Source: Octopus vulgaris
Lineage: Eukaryota
Assembly (NCBI GenBank): GCA_951406725.2
Contig: OX597816.1
Location: 20,770,001 to 20,834,000, forward strand
Length of the DNA: 64,000 nt
Direction: 5' to 3'
Under the pieces are notes generated by a model that was not told the origin of the DNA, searched no databases, and worked only from the letters and a program-made list of their open reading frames with translations. Of the stretch, positions 12,621-26,818 are shown piece by piece. Numbering within the stretch: the stretch's first letter is position 1; each line of letters starts with the position of its first letter. Position numbers and translations under genes: made by a program.

Positions 12621-12819
12621 GGCCTACAATTCGAGTCTGTTATATATTTTGAGTATTGTTATCACTAGTGATATGAAGATAAAACTTTGTATTTTGTATT
12701 TTATGTATAGATGTATATATAAAGATGTACGTAGAATATGTACACATATATACATAAATTAGCACAGTGACACGGCAACGACGGGTCAAAATGCTAGTTG
12801 GTCTATATATGTGATTTGA

Positions 12820-13132
12820 GGGCGCAATGGCCCAGTGGTTAGGGCAGCAGACTCGCGGTTGTAGGATCACAGGTTCGATTCCCAGACCTGGCGTTGTGAG
12901 TGTTAATTGAGCGAAAACTCCACGAGGCTCTACGACGCTCCGGCAGGGGTTTGTGGCGATCCCTGCTGTAATCTTTCGCCAAAACCTTCTCTCTATATAT
13001 CTCTGTTTTGTTGGCCTGCTCGATTAGCCTGCGAGGTGGCGTCATTTGAAGGCTAAAAGAATGCAAAGTGCATTGTGACCAGCGATGAATAGCAAAATCT
13101 GATAGCCTGGTCTGTCACGGTGATCACAGTGA
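12820..13132 (+). mobile_element. tRNA-derived SINE
   Basis: A box TGGCCCAGTGG, B box GGTTCGATTCC. Confidence 0.8.
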
Positions 13133-13830
13133 TATATGATTTGAAAATAAGATGCACTAATCGAGGATTGAACGCTCTGCTCAGAGGTCAGTCAGATTCA
13201 TTCACCGTGACCTGCTACCCACCAGCCAGACACTAGCCAACACTGCTGATAAGTGATCAGCCGCGCCCCCTATCATGGTGACGTCACTTGTCTGAGACGT
13301 TTACTTTACGCAATGGTAAGAACATATATTACCATTCAACATACAATATCTATATTAAATTAATATCCAATTTTATTAAATTAATATCCAATTTTTTTCA
13401 CCCGTATTTTGACTTTAATTATAAAATAACATGTTCTCAAACCGGCAGTAAATTACTTGTGCAGTATTTATATCCGAGAAATTAGCGCGCCTTAACGAGG
13501 GCATTTGAATGTAACTGTGAATATAATCGGCCGAACTGTTAGCCTCAATCCAACCTCGTGTTGATAGCTTCCGTGCAGTTCGACAAATTTTATTTTTGAC
13601 GTACTCTACTGATGAATCGAAGATATTTAAGTAAGAAAAATAACAATTTATTAACGATGAAACAATTGCATAGAGTTAATCGATATTTTTGTTATTTTTC
13701 ATTTGTCCTGCTCGCTTACATTCTTGGTGTGTTAAATTATTCCTTGAGAACAATTCTTTGGTGGTAGATTCCATTTGCGGATCTATAACTAGCGTTAGAG
13801 CGTCCACATAGTGGATTCTCTCTCATAGTT

Positions 13831-13893
<63 letters not shown>

Positions 13894-13906
13894 CATATAT
13901 ATATAT

Positions 13907-14355
13907 GGCATATGCAAAAAATTATTGTATACAGTGGTCAAGTGCACTACAACTAAAAAAAAGCCATCAGGTGTACTGTTGGAGGATTTCAGGAAGGTTT
14001 GATGAATTTGGTGTCTCTAAGGCTAACGACTGATGCTTCAACAATTCTGAGCGTGAAAAAATGTTTCCGAAAGTCATGGGTGATGTTTTGTTTTATGATT
14101 TTGTGAGCCTGTCCACGAGTGTTTAACATATGGAGTTTAAAATGATGCTGAAGGTTGTTTGAAAATGGTGGGTGTTCTTGTTTTTATAAATATCCAGAAG
14201 GATAGACATTTCGTTGAGAACCATACAATTAGTTGGTGGTCTTCTTATTTTAATACTAGCTGTTGGGAAATAGAAGATGTAAGAAAGTTCAAGTGGGGAA
14301 GACATTATTTCGGCTTCGCTAAAGCAATCTGGCAAATGTAAAACTTCTGTCAAAG
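13907..14355 (-). mobile_element. CR1-like LINE 3' fragment
   Basis: Paralogue of 4105-4555. Confidence 0.6.
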
Positions 14356-14574
14356 AAAAACTCTTGTTTTACCATTGAACCCTATCAAAAGCCATACCCT
14401 TGAAATTTATGACCATAAGCCCTACTATTTACTTGTTTAGAGAGAGTGAAGAAGGAAGACCCTATTCAGTCTTTTCACTTACTAGAAATAGCAGCTAACT
14501 CCCCACTAACTCTACGAAACGAAACTCCAACGTCTTAAAATAAACGAATGATAAGTGTACGTCAGACAATGTTC

Positions 14575-14641
<67 letters not shown>

Positions 14642-15288
14642 ATGGGATAGTCTTGCCTGGCACACCTCCTCAATGACAGCTGAAATGTTAATAACAACCC
14701 CTCAATACAACACCGGAAGTGAATGAGACCGAAACTAGTATCTCTTGGTTTGAAGTAAACTTCTCCCTTTACAACGAACCGACCAGTATGTGATCGTTCG
14801 ATTTGCTAGAAGTAGCAACCAAACCGAAGCATTCGAAGTTGACGAAGAAAATGTCAGCTGCTTAAATATATATTTGCTTTTGATCCATATACATACTTTG
14901 AATATAATGCACCGGTCGAGGGTGCGATGCTCTGGTCACAGGTCAGTCAGATTCATGCACCGTGACCTGCTACCCACCAGCCAGTCACTAGCCAACACTG
15001 CTGATAAGTGATTAGCCGCGCCCCCTATCTTGGTGACGTCATTTGTCTTAGACGTTTATTTTATGTAATGATAAGAAGGTATGATAATATTCAACATACA
15101 ATATCGATATATACTTACAAATAATTGATTTAGAGATATTAGAAACATTTTAAACTAGAAGATTTAAGGATTGAATGTGTTTACAATATAGCAGGTAATT
15201 AAATGTGATTGGAATAAATAATTTACACATTAGTGGATGTAACTTTAACTTATGTAAAGATAGTCTGTGGTAAAACGGTTAAAATTTT

Positions 15289-15480
15289 ATCGCTTCTCGG
15301 CCTTTTGGCTAAGATCAAAGTGTAGTATCTGTTCTTATCAGCTTAATATCTGATACGGTCCCTATTTGGGGCCATCGATATTAAACTGATTTTTAGAAGG
15401 AGGCGAAGTGTTAGGGGCTTGCTCCGCCTTTGCCACGGGTTGTCCTGGTATTGCAGTGCTTCCAGGATTCAGCCCACTCC
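15289..15480 (+). ncRNA. U2: U2 snRNA copy 3
   Basis: Full-length match with promoter. Confidence 0.95.
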
Positions 15481-16012
15481 CACCCGGGAGATACAAATTA
15501 AAAATAAAATCAGATGTTTTGTAACAGTCCTCTTTTTGTTTTCATCATCTCAGCGGGTTTTCTGTTAGTTGTCGTTGCTAAATACCTTCCTCGCCATCAG
15601 CAAGCGCTTCACGTTCGATCCCGACTCAACCCCACGGTTTTTGTCCTCTTTGCTTCCTCATTTCAAATCCCGTCATCGCTTACACACCAACCCCTACCAG
15701 GCTCAGTGCCTTCAGAGGAGGCCCATTTTTTCTTTCAAGAGGTCGATTCAAGTCTCCCCTTTAAGTATATTTTCCTTCTCTCTCCTTCACACCAGTCTCA
15801 AGTGCCAAGCATAGTCACACGGAAACTGCATTTCCACTTCACTACAACAAAGTATAACAACAGTAAAAACAATGTGGATGCACAAAAGAAGTGACATTCC
15901 CTATCTATCAACCTACTGGAAATAGCAGCTAACAGACAGGATCAATTGGTAGGAAGTCCAGTATCTACCGCCAATAGTACTTACTAGTATAGTCTTTGAA
16001 AGAAAACAGCAG

Positions 16013-16750
16013 GGATCTTTTCCTTTTGAACGGCAGTTTTCAAAATAATTTCCAGTTAACTAAACACTTTTAAATTCGGTAGAATGTGTCAAAATAAAAC
16101 ATTTTTTTCTTTTGGCTTTCTTGAGAAAATTGTAATTTGTAAGTTTAACGTAGTTTAATTTTTCGAATTTTAACCAATCGATGGCCTCTATTTAACTAAA
16201 ATCATTTTCTGAATCTAAAACTGAGACAACATCTTGTCATGTTATGTTTACGTTCGGAAAGCGTGTGTGTAAAATTTATAGAATTATTTTGTTTGTCAAT
16301 TGTTCACATTATTTTCCATTGCTTTCGTTTTAGCCTTTCGTTTTTTTTTTTTTTTCTTAAGCAATGGAAAATAGTTTAAACAATACACGTATATCTCAAA
16401 AGAAAATGAATAATTTTAGACACACGCCTAACAATTAAATCAATTTAACAATTAAGAAGAAAAAAAACGAAAGGCTAAAATTTAGGGTTTGCGTTAGTGT
16501 AGGGTTAGGATTAGATCAGTGGCAGGATGTCTCAGTTTTAGACGCAGCAAAGGATTTTAGCTCAATAGAGGCCATCGATTGGTTAAAATACGAAAAATTA
16601 AACTACGTTAAACTTACAAATTACAATTTTCTCAAGAGAGCGAAAAGAAAAAATGTTTTATTTTGACACATTCTACCAGTATACGAAGTTTAAAAGTGTT
16701 TAGTTAACTAGAAATTGTGTTAAAAACTGGCGTTCAAAAGGAAAATATCC
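16013..16750. mobile_element. MITE with TSD AACAGCAG
   Basis: TIRs and TSD are visible. Confidence 0.85.
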
Positions 16751-18224
16751 AACAGCAGATGCGATTGTCACGGGTGGGAGGTCTTTAAATCACAATAAAC
16801 GCCAGTATGTATTTCCGTCTCCAAGGCCAGATTAATACCCATACAGCCCCTAATCACTTCAAAAAGATTTTGGTGCCGCCAGATGTATATAAATGTAAAC
16901 AATAATATATGATAAATTAAATTTTTATTTTGCAAAATCAAATAAAACTAACAGTAAGATGGAAAATAATCCCTTCCACTGAAGGAAAAAGGCCTTGAAA
17001 ATTTGTGGAGGGGACTAGTCGAATACGTCGACCTCAGCTTCCACTGGTACTAAATATATTGCTAGAAATAGCAGCTAACTCACCACCAACAAATCGACCA
17101 AATGATTGCAACATTATTTGCTCAATGAGAACTGAAATGTTAACTTCACCACAGTCCAGTTTCACTCCCAACGTTCACCTGACGCTATTGTAACGAATAT
17201 TTTACGTTTAATATGGTAAACAGTGGTACGAAACCGAGTAACAGTTGGTTTGAAGCAACGAACCAATCGCTACCTAGTCGCCCGATTTACAAGGTACAGC
17301 AATCAAAACAAAACATTCGGCATTAACGAAGATGTGAGTCGCTTAAATATTTGTTATTGGTCTATATATATAAAACTGAGAATGAGTGTCTGTCTATCTG
17401 TCTGACTGTATTTTCCTAAAACCTGAGAACTACACAACCAATTTCATTCGAATTTTACACATAGCATACTTAGGGTCCGTGGAGTGTCACCGGCAAAAAA
17501 AGTTTTACCTTTTTGCCTAGGGAAAGCCAACAGCAATATCAAATCTTCTCCACTACGATTCCCTAAAACTTGAGAACAACACAACCAATTTCATTCAAAT
17601 TTTACACATGCCTTACTTAGGGTCCATGTAGTTTAATGGGCAAAAAAATGTTCAACTTCTTGCCTTGGGCGAGCCAATAGCAATATCATATCTTCTCCAC
17701 TATTTCAGTATTATGTGTTAAAGGTGAAACAAAAACATTTCGCTATTTTATGTCAGAAACTTTCACTATAAATTTAGAGATAATAATAATAATTGAATTA
17801 TATGTAGTAAATAATAATTAAAATCAAACTAAAGTACAATATAATCGTAACCTAAGATAAGTGAAAGTAGCAATTGGTATAAAATTGCATCAACGACTTG
17901 AACTTGAATAAGTGGTTTCACATGAATGGGAATAAATTAAACTAAATCAATCGCGTACTGCTTTTTGATTCACCGTAAGTTTTGTTGTTATTATTATTAC
18001 TGTTTAACTATTGTTATCACGTTTGTCGGTTCCTCGTAAAGAAAACGTTGTTGTGTTGCATTTGTTAAATAATTGTAAACTCTAACCGTCCCCCTCTGGG
18101 AGAAGGAGCTTTGGTTATTGTTTAAAAATTGAATTGTGTACCTGTTTGGTGAAATTGACAATATTTTCACCGTTTATACGGAAGCATTTTTGTTAGAATG
18201 CCTTCGATAGAAGAAAGTCCAAAA

Positions 18225-18730
18225 ATGAATTTCGCTGCAGCCGTCGACGGGCGCGTACTCATTAAAATTAAAATGGAAGAAATACAAACCTATTTCGGAT
18301 TGATCACCGATTAAACGGTGAATCTAGGATAACACCACCAAACGAAATAAAAAATTAAATTATAGAAAAATCTATGGTCAATAAAGTATACAATGTAGAA
18401 CTAAACAGATTTGAACACCTGGAGGAAAGCACCATCGAAAAGTGTCTTAGTGCGACTATGAAAGTTATCAAGTATCTAACCAGAGGCGGTAAGTTCGCCA
18501 CAATAGAAGCAAGGTTCGAGTCAACGGAACGTGCAAGGGAGTACTCGACTCGAACCTTGCAAAGAGGAAGTATTTTATTTTTACCTTTATATCTCGGACG
18601 TAGGACGTCCCGAACAAAAATTATAAATATCCCCCCAGAAGTAGAGGTAGTCTAGATTGTAGCCACACTTCTATACAAGAGGTGGGAAAGTAACAATTGA
18701 TCGAAATTGCAAGAGAGGTGCCTACAATTC
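18225..18730 (+). pseudogene. Decayed Tx1-like ORF1 relic
   Basis: Paralogue of 12120-12620 (track ORF 18374-18655). Confidence 0.85.
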
Positions 18731-18929
18731 GAGTCTGTTATATATTTTGAGTATTTTTATCACTAGCGATATCAATATATAACTTTCTATGTTGTACTAT
18801 ATGTGTAGATGTATATATATGGATGTACAAGTAATATGTACGCATATATATACACATATATACATGCACTATCACTATGATTCGGCAGCGATGGGTCATA
18901 ATAATAGTTGGTCTGTATATGTGATTTGA

Positions 18930-19240
18930 GGGCGCAATGGCCCAGTGGTTAGGGCAGCGGACTTGCGGTTGTAGGATTACAGGTTCGATTCCCAGACCTG
19001 GTGTTGTGAGTGTTTATTGAGCGAAAACACCACGAGGCACCACGAGGCTCCGGCAGGAGTTGGTGGCGATCCCTGCTGTACTCTATCGACACAACTTTCT
19101 CTCTCTCTCATTTTGTTAGGCCTGCTCGCTTAGCCTGCGGGGTGGCGTCATTTGAAGGCTAAAAGAATGCAAAGCGCATTGTGACCAGCGATGAATAGCA
19201 ACATCTGATAGCCTGGTCGTTCACGGTGATCACAGTGATA
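18930..19240 (+). mobile_element. tRNA-derived SINE
   Basis: A and B boxes; same flanks as the other copies. Confidence 0.8.
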
Positions 19241-19637
19241 TATGATATGAAAATAAGATGCACTAATCGAGGATTGAACGCTCTGGTCAGAGGTCAGTCA
19301 GATTCATTCACCGTAACCTGCTACCCACCAGCCAGTCACTAGCCAACACTGCTGATAAGTGATTAGCCGCGCCCCTATCATGGTGACGTCACTTGTCTGA
19401 GACGTTTACTTTACGCAATGGTAAGAACATATATTACCATTCAACATACAATATCTATATAAACTTACAAATAATTAATTTAAAGATATTAAAAATATTT
19501 TAAACTATAGCATTTAAGAATTGAATGTGTTTACAATATAGCAGGTAATTAAATGTGATTGGAATAAATAATTTACATATCAGTGGATGTAACTTTAACT
19601 TGTGTAAAGATAGTCTGTGGCAAAACAGCTAAAATTT

Positions 19638-19829
19638 ATCGCTTCTCGGCCTTTTGGCTAAGATCAAAGTGTAGTATCTGTTCTTATCAGCTTAATATCT
19701 GATACGGTCCCTATTTGGGGCCATCGATATTAAACTGATTTTTAGAACGAGGCAAAGTGTTAGGGGCTTGCTCCGCCTTTGCCACGGGTTGTCCTGGTAT
19801 TGCAGTGCTTCCAGGATTAAGCCCACTCC
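19638..19829 (+). ncRNA. U2: U2 snRNA copy 4
   Basis: Full-length match with promoter. Confidence 0.95.
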
Positions 19830-19974
19830 CAACCGGGAGATACAAATTGAAAATAAAATCAGATATATTGTTACAACCACCTTTTTTTTCGTCATTTCAG
19901 CGGGTTTTCCGTTAGTTGTCGTTGCTAAAGAACTTCCTCGCTGTCAGCAAGCGGTTCCCTTTCGATCCCGACTA

Positions 19975-20578
19975 ACCGCCAACTGGACTCTCAAAGGAAG
20001 GTAAGGCTTGTTTTTACTGTACGGTGGCAGTTTTGAAAGAGTGTGTATGGAGAACTAGAGTGGAAGGTCTAGTGAAAGGGTCCTTTAACTCTGGCCCCGG
20101 TTTGTTAAAATACTTCGGATATCATCTGAAGAGCAAGATCGGGTTGGGGAATAGGAGCCTGCCACAGAAAGAGTATATGGAACGTTGGAAGGATGTGATG
20201 AGAAAGGTGGGTGAGAGTAACCCAGCTTAATCATCGAGGAGAGGAAAAATCAGCTGCTAGGATTTATAGGCTGCCGGGTTCAAAATTGAAACTGGTACCT
20301 CCCATTACCTTTCACTGTACATAACTGTTTAAAATAAAGAATTAATAATAAAAAAAAAAGAAATGAAAAGAAAACATACGCCTTAAAAGTTCTCGTGATA
20401 AAGGCAAAAGTAAGCCAAGGTTTCGTTTCAAGGCAAAGTAAGCCAAGTTTTCGTTCAAGTGACACAAAATTTTAATTTGGTAATTTTTAAAATTTCATTC
20501 GAACTCGCACAGCATTTTTGTAATTGTTTTGTCCTGTAATGTATCCATTCTACGTTAGATCTATTGATCATAATAAAG
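19975..20578 (+). mobile_element. 5'-truncated copy of the U2-targeting Tx1 element (ORF2 C-terminus plus 3' UTR)
   Basis: Near-identical to 47010-47613; ends AATAAAG|AAAATTTT|U2. Confidence 0.95.
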
Positions 20579-20586
20579 AAAATTTT

Positions 20587-20790
20587 ATCGCTTCTCGGCC
20601 TTTTGGCTAAGATCAAAGTGTAGTATCTGTTCTTATCAGCTTAATATCTGATACCTATTATATCTTAATATCTATTTGGGGCCATCGATATTAAACTGAT
20701 TTTTAGAACGAGGCAAAGTGTTAGGGGCTTGCTCCGCCTTTGCCACGGGTTGTCCTGGTATTGCAGTGCTTCCAGGATTCAGCCCACTCC
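20587..20790 (+). pseudogene. U2: U2 copy 5, promoterless, with +12 nt in stem IIb
   Basis: Preceded by the element 3' UTR; GGTCC is replaced by CTATTATATCTTAATAT. Confidence 0.85.
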
Positions 20791-21404
20791 CAACTGGGAG
20801 ATACAAATTTAAAATAAAATCAGATATATTGTTACAACCACCTTTTCTTTTCGTCATTTCAGCGGGTTTTCCGTTAGTTGTCGTTGCTAAAGAACTTCCT
20901 CGCTGTCAGCAAGCGGTTCCCTTTCGATCCCGACTAAACCCCACGGTTTTTGTCCTCTCTGCTTCCTCATTTCAAATCCCGTCATCGCTTTCACACCAAC
21001 CCCTTCCAGGTTCAGTGCCTTTTGAGGAGATCCTTTTCCTTCTAAGCAGTCGATTCAAGTCTCCACTACTTTAAGTATACTTTTCTTTCTATATCCTTCA
21101 CATCAGGGCGGACTTCTATTCTCTTTCCTGTTACAGTCATCCGACTGCGCCCATGTTGGTGCACAGCCGCGAACATTTAGACGTATAAATCGACACCAGC
21201 ACTTATTATTTGAAGCCTAGTACGTAAACTATCGTGTATAGCTGAAGATACATACCCAAGGAGCCACCCAAAGTACTGATCTCGGACCCATGTTGTTGAG
21301 AAACAAGCTCCTTACGAAACGGTAATTTCTACCTATTTTTTTTAAATTGCAAAGTAGCTGTTCCTCAAAATAGATCTTATGTAACACATCTGCTTCTAAA
21401 GTTG

Positions 21405-21690
21405 GTGCGACAATGAAATATATCAAGTATCTAACCAGAGGCGGTAATGCACCACAATAGAAGAAAGGTTCTTGTCAACGGAGCATGCAAGGGAGAACTC
21501 GACTCGAACCTTCCAAAGTGGAAATATTTTATTTTTACCTTTATATCTGGGACGTAGGACGTCCCGGACAAAAACTTAAAATGTCCCCCCCAGAAGTAGA
21601 GGTAGTCTGGATTGTAGCCACACTTCTATTCAAGAGGGAGGACAAGATACAATTGATCGAAATTGCAAGAGATGGGCCTACAATTCAAGA
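21405..21690 (+). pseudogene. Shortened Tx1-like ORF1 relic
   Basis: 3' half of the relic, starting GGTGCGAC. Confidence 0.75.
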
Positions 21691-21885
21691 TTGTTATATA
21701 TTTTGAGTATTGTTATCACTCGCGATATCAAGATATAACTTTGTATTTTGTATTTTATGTGTAGGGGTATATATATAGATGTACATGTAATATATACACA
21801 TATATATACACATATATACATGAACTAGCACTATGACCCGGCAACGACGAGTTATAATGCTAGTTGATCTATATATGTGATTTGA

Positions 21886-22200
21886 GGGCGCAATGGCCCA
21901 GTGGTTAGGGCAGCGGACTCGCGGTTGTAGGATCGTAGGTTCGATTCCAAGACCTGGCTTTCTGAGTGTATTTGAGCGAAAACACCAAAAGCTCCGCGAC
22001 GGTCCGGCAGGGGGTGGTGGCAATCCCTGCTGTACCCTTACAACACAACTTTCTCTCTCTCTCTCTCTCTCTTTTGTTGGCCTGCTCGCTTAGCCTGCGG
22101 GGTGGTGTCATTTGAAAGCCAAAAGAATGCAAAGCGCATTGTGACCGGCGATGAATAGCAACATCTGATAGCCTAGTCGGTCACGGTGATCACAGTGATA
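21886..22200 (+). mobile_element. tRNA-derived SINE
   Basis: A and B boxes. Confidence 0.8.
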
Positions 22201-22598
22201 TATGATATGAAAATAAGATGCACTAATCGAGGATTGAACGCTCTGGTCAGAGGTCAGTCAGATTCATTCACCGTAACCTGCTACCCACCAGCCAGTCACT
22301 AGCCAACACTGCTGATAAGTGATTAGCCGCGCCCCCTATCATGGTGACGTCACTTGTCTGAGTCGTTTACTTTACGCAATGGTAAGAACATACATTACCA
22401 TTCAACATACAATATCTATATAAACTTACAAATAATTAATTTAAAGATATTAAAAATATTTTAAACTATAACATTTAAGAATTGAATGTGTTTACAATAT
22501 AGCAGGTAATTAAATGTGATTGGAATAAATAATTTACATATCAGTGGATGTAACTTTAACTTGTGTAAAGATAGTCTGTGTCAAAACAGCTAAAATTT

Positions 22599-22802
22599 AT
22601 CGCTTCTCGGCCTTTTGGCTAAGATCAAAGTGTAGTATCTGTTCTTATCAGCTTAATATCTGATACCTATTATATCTTAATATCTATTTGGGCCCATCGA
22701 TATTAAACTGATTTTTAGAACGAGGCAAAGTGTTAGGGGCTTGCTCTACCTTTGCCACGGGTTGTCCTGGTATTGCAGTGCTTCCAGGATTAAGCCCACT
22801 CC
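22599..22802 (+). ncRNA. U2: U2 copy 6, variant with +12 nt in stem IIb, promoter retained
   Basis: Same replacement as copy 5. Confidence 0.85.
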
Positions 22803-23450
22803 AAACCGGGAGATACAAATTGAAAATAAAATCAGATATGTTGTTACAACCACCTTTTTTTTCGTCATTTCAGTGGGTTTTCCGTTAGTTGTCGTTGCTA
22901 TAGAACTTCCTCGCTGTCAGCAAGCGGTTCCCTTTCGATCCCGACTAAACCCCACGGTTTTTGTCCTCTCTGCTTCCTCATTTCAAATCCCGTCATCGCT
23001 TTCACACCAACCCCTTCCAGGTTCAGTGCCTTTTGAGGAGATCCTTTTCCTTCTAAGCAGTCGATTCAAGTCTCCACTACTTTATACTTTTCTTTCTATA
23101 TCCTTCAAACCAGGGCGGACTTCTATTCTCTTTCCTGTTTCAGTCATTCAACTGCGGCCATGTTGGGGCACAGCCACGAACATTTAGACGAATGAATCGA
23201 CACCAGCACTTAATTTTTTTATGCCTAGTACGGAAACTGTCGTGTGCAGCCGAAGATAATTGCCCAAGGTGCCACGCAGATAACTGATCTCGGACCCATG
23301 TTATTGAGAAGTAAGCTCCTAACTGAACGGTCATTTCTACCCATTTTTTTTATTTGCAAAGCAACTGCTCCTCAAAATAGATCTTATGTAACACATCTGC
23401 TTCTAAAGTTTTATACCATAGAATTTTAGCAAATTTAACGTGAATCCTTT

Positions 23451-24510
23451 TGTGCCGTACACCAATAACCATTCCTTTATGTCCTCCTCCCTCATCTTTT
23501 CCTTAATACCCTAAGCGCGGGTTTATTTTGTTTAACGTGTAGCGTACCCTTAGTGAAACCCTCTCTCTCTCTGACATATATAACATAAATACTGACGTAG
23601 CAGATAACTGCTAACCTTCGGCCGCTTGGGCCTGTTGTGTGAACTACTCTGAATGGTTGGGATTGGCGTAGTTTGTCTCTTGCTGTATTACGCCCGAATA
23701 TGCAACCCAACCAATCGCAATCTTCAGATAAGGTCCCGTGACACAGTCTTCTAAATTCTTTGCTGGAGCCTTCAATTTGCTATAAAACAGAGCGATTCAT
23801 CGAATCGAGCGTCTTTGGTTCTAATCCTTGTAAGGACTAACCTCTGACCTCAGAGCACCCATTGACAGACAGCCAGCTCCAGCAACTCAGCCAGTTCTAG
23901 CGAAAGACAACAACACTAGCAAAATTTCCGGACCTATGTCGCCTTCATCTTACCGTCGCCTCCACCACAATCGCCTTCATCTTAACGACGCCAACAGCAA
24001 CTTCGACTAGATTTAACTTCCCACTGTTTGTCAATACTTCACCGTGGTTAGCAGTATGCTCAAACTGCGAATACCTTCTGTACCAAGTGACCCGGACGGC
24101 ATAGCAGCCACAACCGCTTACATGACATGTGTTCAACAGGCTCTGTCTTGTGCCCACAACTCCTTTGCTACAGAACTTCTACAGTTGTGTACTTCACTAC
24201 GAACTGGTATTTATCTTCAACTTGAGTCTGAACATTCAACCACCATCCTATTGTAAACACTTTCTATGCACTGTATTTTATCACACACGCATACACCCTT
24301 GTCTGTACACACATACACATTATTGTACGCATGATGGCCTGTCTATTATTGTTCTTATGTCCTTATGTCGCACACACACATACACACTCTGCAATCTACT
24401 ACATAAACCTTTCTCTTAAAACCTCAATAAGTTGTGTCGTCTTCCTTAGTTCATTCTGGCACTCATATTCATTTAACTATATTTTGGCTTTTATTGTAAG
24501 GCGACCGTGC
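23451..24510 (+). other. Single-copy insert with solo-LTR-like character
   Basis: Starts TG, ends near ...GTGCA, has CTATAAAA at ~23780 and a GC-richer middle. No TSD found. Confidence 0.3.
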
Positions 24511-26109
24511 AGTGTTTAAAGGAGTCATTCAGTCGTCACCTCTCCTTTTGCATGGTTGTTCTACAAATGTTTATTAATCCAGCGGAGCTCGTATCAAACA
24601 ATCAGTATTTCCAGTACGTACCTGAAAGGAAGAAAAATTGCATTTTCTCTTCCTGTTTAAAAGCAGGGCATCTAAATAGCATTAAAGCCACAGCCTTACC
24701 CCCAGGGCAAAGCTATTCACTGGGCATCAAAGCATGCAAAGATCAGCAACGATGAGGCCACTGGCTGGTTGTAGCAGTATTGTGATCTCTACGTGTTTAA
24801 TCTCATGTCTTTCACTTGTCACATCCCTATCCAGCGCTCGGGCTGAAGCCTAGCGATATCATTTCAGTTTCAGGCACAGTCGTTTCGACTGATTGCCTAC
24901 ACAGAGTCATCTAGATCTGTCACAAGACTTGCTAGAAATAGCAGCTAACTCACCACCGGCAAATCGACCAAATGATTGCAGCATTATTTGCTCAATGAGA
25001 ACTGAAATGTTAACTTCACCACAGTCCAGTTTCACTCACAACGTTCACCTGACGCTATTGTAAATAATATTTTACGTTTAACATGGTAAACATTGGTACG
25101 AAACCGAGTACCTGTTGGTTCGAAGCAAACTTGTTACTTTAACAACGAACCAATCGCTACCTGGTCGTCCGACTTACAAGGTACAGCAATCAAAACAAAA
25201 CATTCGACATTAACGAAGATGTGAGTCACTTAAAAATTTGTTCTTGTCTATATATATAAAACTGAGAATGTGTGTCTTGTCTGTCTGTCTTACTGTGTTT
25301 CCCTAAAACTTGAGAACTACACAACCAATTTCATTCGAATTTTACACATGCCTTACTTAGGGTCCAGGGAGTGTCATCGACAAAGAAAGTCTCAACTTTT
25401 TGCCTAGGGCGAGCCCACAGCAATATCATATCTTCTCCACTACGATTCCCTAAAACTTGAGAACTACACAACCAATTTCATTCAAATTTTACACATGCCT
25501 TACTTAGGGTCCATGTAGTTTCATGGGCAAAATAATGTTCAACTTCTTGCCTTGGGCGAGCCCATAGCAATATCATATCTTCACCACTATTTCAGTATTA
25601 TGTGTTAAAGGTGAAACAAAAACATTTCGCTATTTTATGTCAGAAACTTTCACTATAAATTTAGAGATAATAATAATAATTGAATTATATGTAGTAAATA
25701 ATAATTAAAATCAAACTAAAGTACAATATAATCGTAACCTAAGATAAGTGAAAGTAGCAATTGGTATAAAATTGCATCAACGACTTGAACTTGAATAAAT
25801 GGTTTCACATGAATGGGAATAAATTAAACTAAATCAAATGCGTACTGCTTTTTCATTCACCGTAAGTTTTGTTGTTATTATTATTACTGTTTAACTATTG
25901 TTATCACGTTTGTTGGTTCCTCGTAAGGGAACCGTTGTTGTGTTGCATTTGTTAAATAATTGTAAACTGTAACCCTCTCCCTCTGAAAGAAGGAGCTTTG
26001 GTTATTGTTTAAAAATTGAATTGTGTCCCTGTTTGGGGAAATTGACAATATTTTTACCGTTTATACGGAAGCATTTTTGTTAGAATGCCTTCCATAGAAG
26101 AAAGTCCAA

Positions 26110-26620
26110 AAATGAATTTCGCTGCAGCCGTCGACGGGCGCGAACTCATTAAAATTAAAATGGGAGAAATACAAACCTATTTCGGATTGATCACCGACAA
26201 AGACGGTGAATCTGGGATAACACCACCAAACGAAATAAAAAATTAAATTAAAGAAAAGACTATTGTCTACAAAGTATACAATTAAGAGATAAAAAGATTT
26301 GAACACCTGGAGGAAAGCGCCATCAAAAAGTGTCTTGGTGCTACTATGAAAAATATTAAAGTATCCAAACAGAGGCGGTAAATTCGCCAGAATAGAAGCA
26401 AGGTTCGAGTCAATGGAGCGTGTAAGGAAGAACTCGATCGAACCTTGCAAAGTGGAAATATTTTATTTTTACCTTTATATCTGGGACATAGGACGTCCCG
26501 GACAAAAATTTAAAATGTCCCCCCAGCAGTAGACGTAGACTGGAGTGTAGTCACACTTCTATACAAGAGGGAGAACAAGATACAATTGATCGAAATTGCA
26601 AGAGACGGGCCAACAATTCC
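26110..26620 (+). pseudogene. Decayed Tx1-like ORF1 relic
   Basis: Paralogue of 12120-12620. Confidence 0.85.
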
Positions 26621-26818
26621 AGTCTGTTATATATTTTGAGTATTGTTATCACTAGCGATATCAAGATATAACTTTGTATTTTGTATTATATGTGTAGATG
26701 TATATATATGGATGTACATGCAATATGTACACATATATATACACATATATACATGAACTAGCACTATGAATCGGCAGCGATGGGTCATAATCCTAGTTGG
26801 TCTATATATGTGATGTGA

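Noticed and set aside
12820-12895. tRNA gene
   Set aside because: It has A and B boxes but no convincing acceptor stem or T-run terminator, and it continues into a SINE body.
16481-16520. Interstitial telomere
   Set aside because: There are only a few degenerate TTAGGG units, all inside the MITE.
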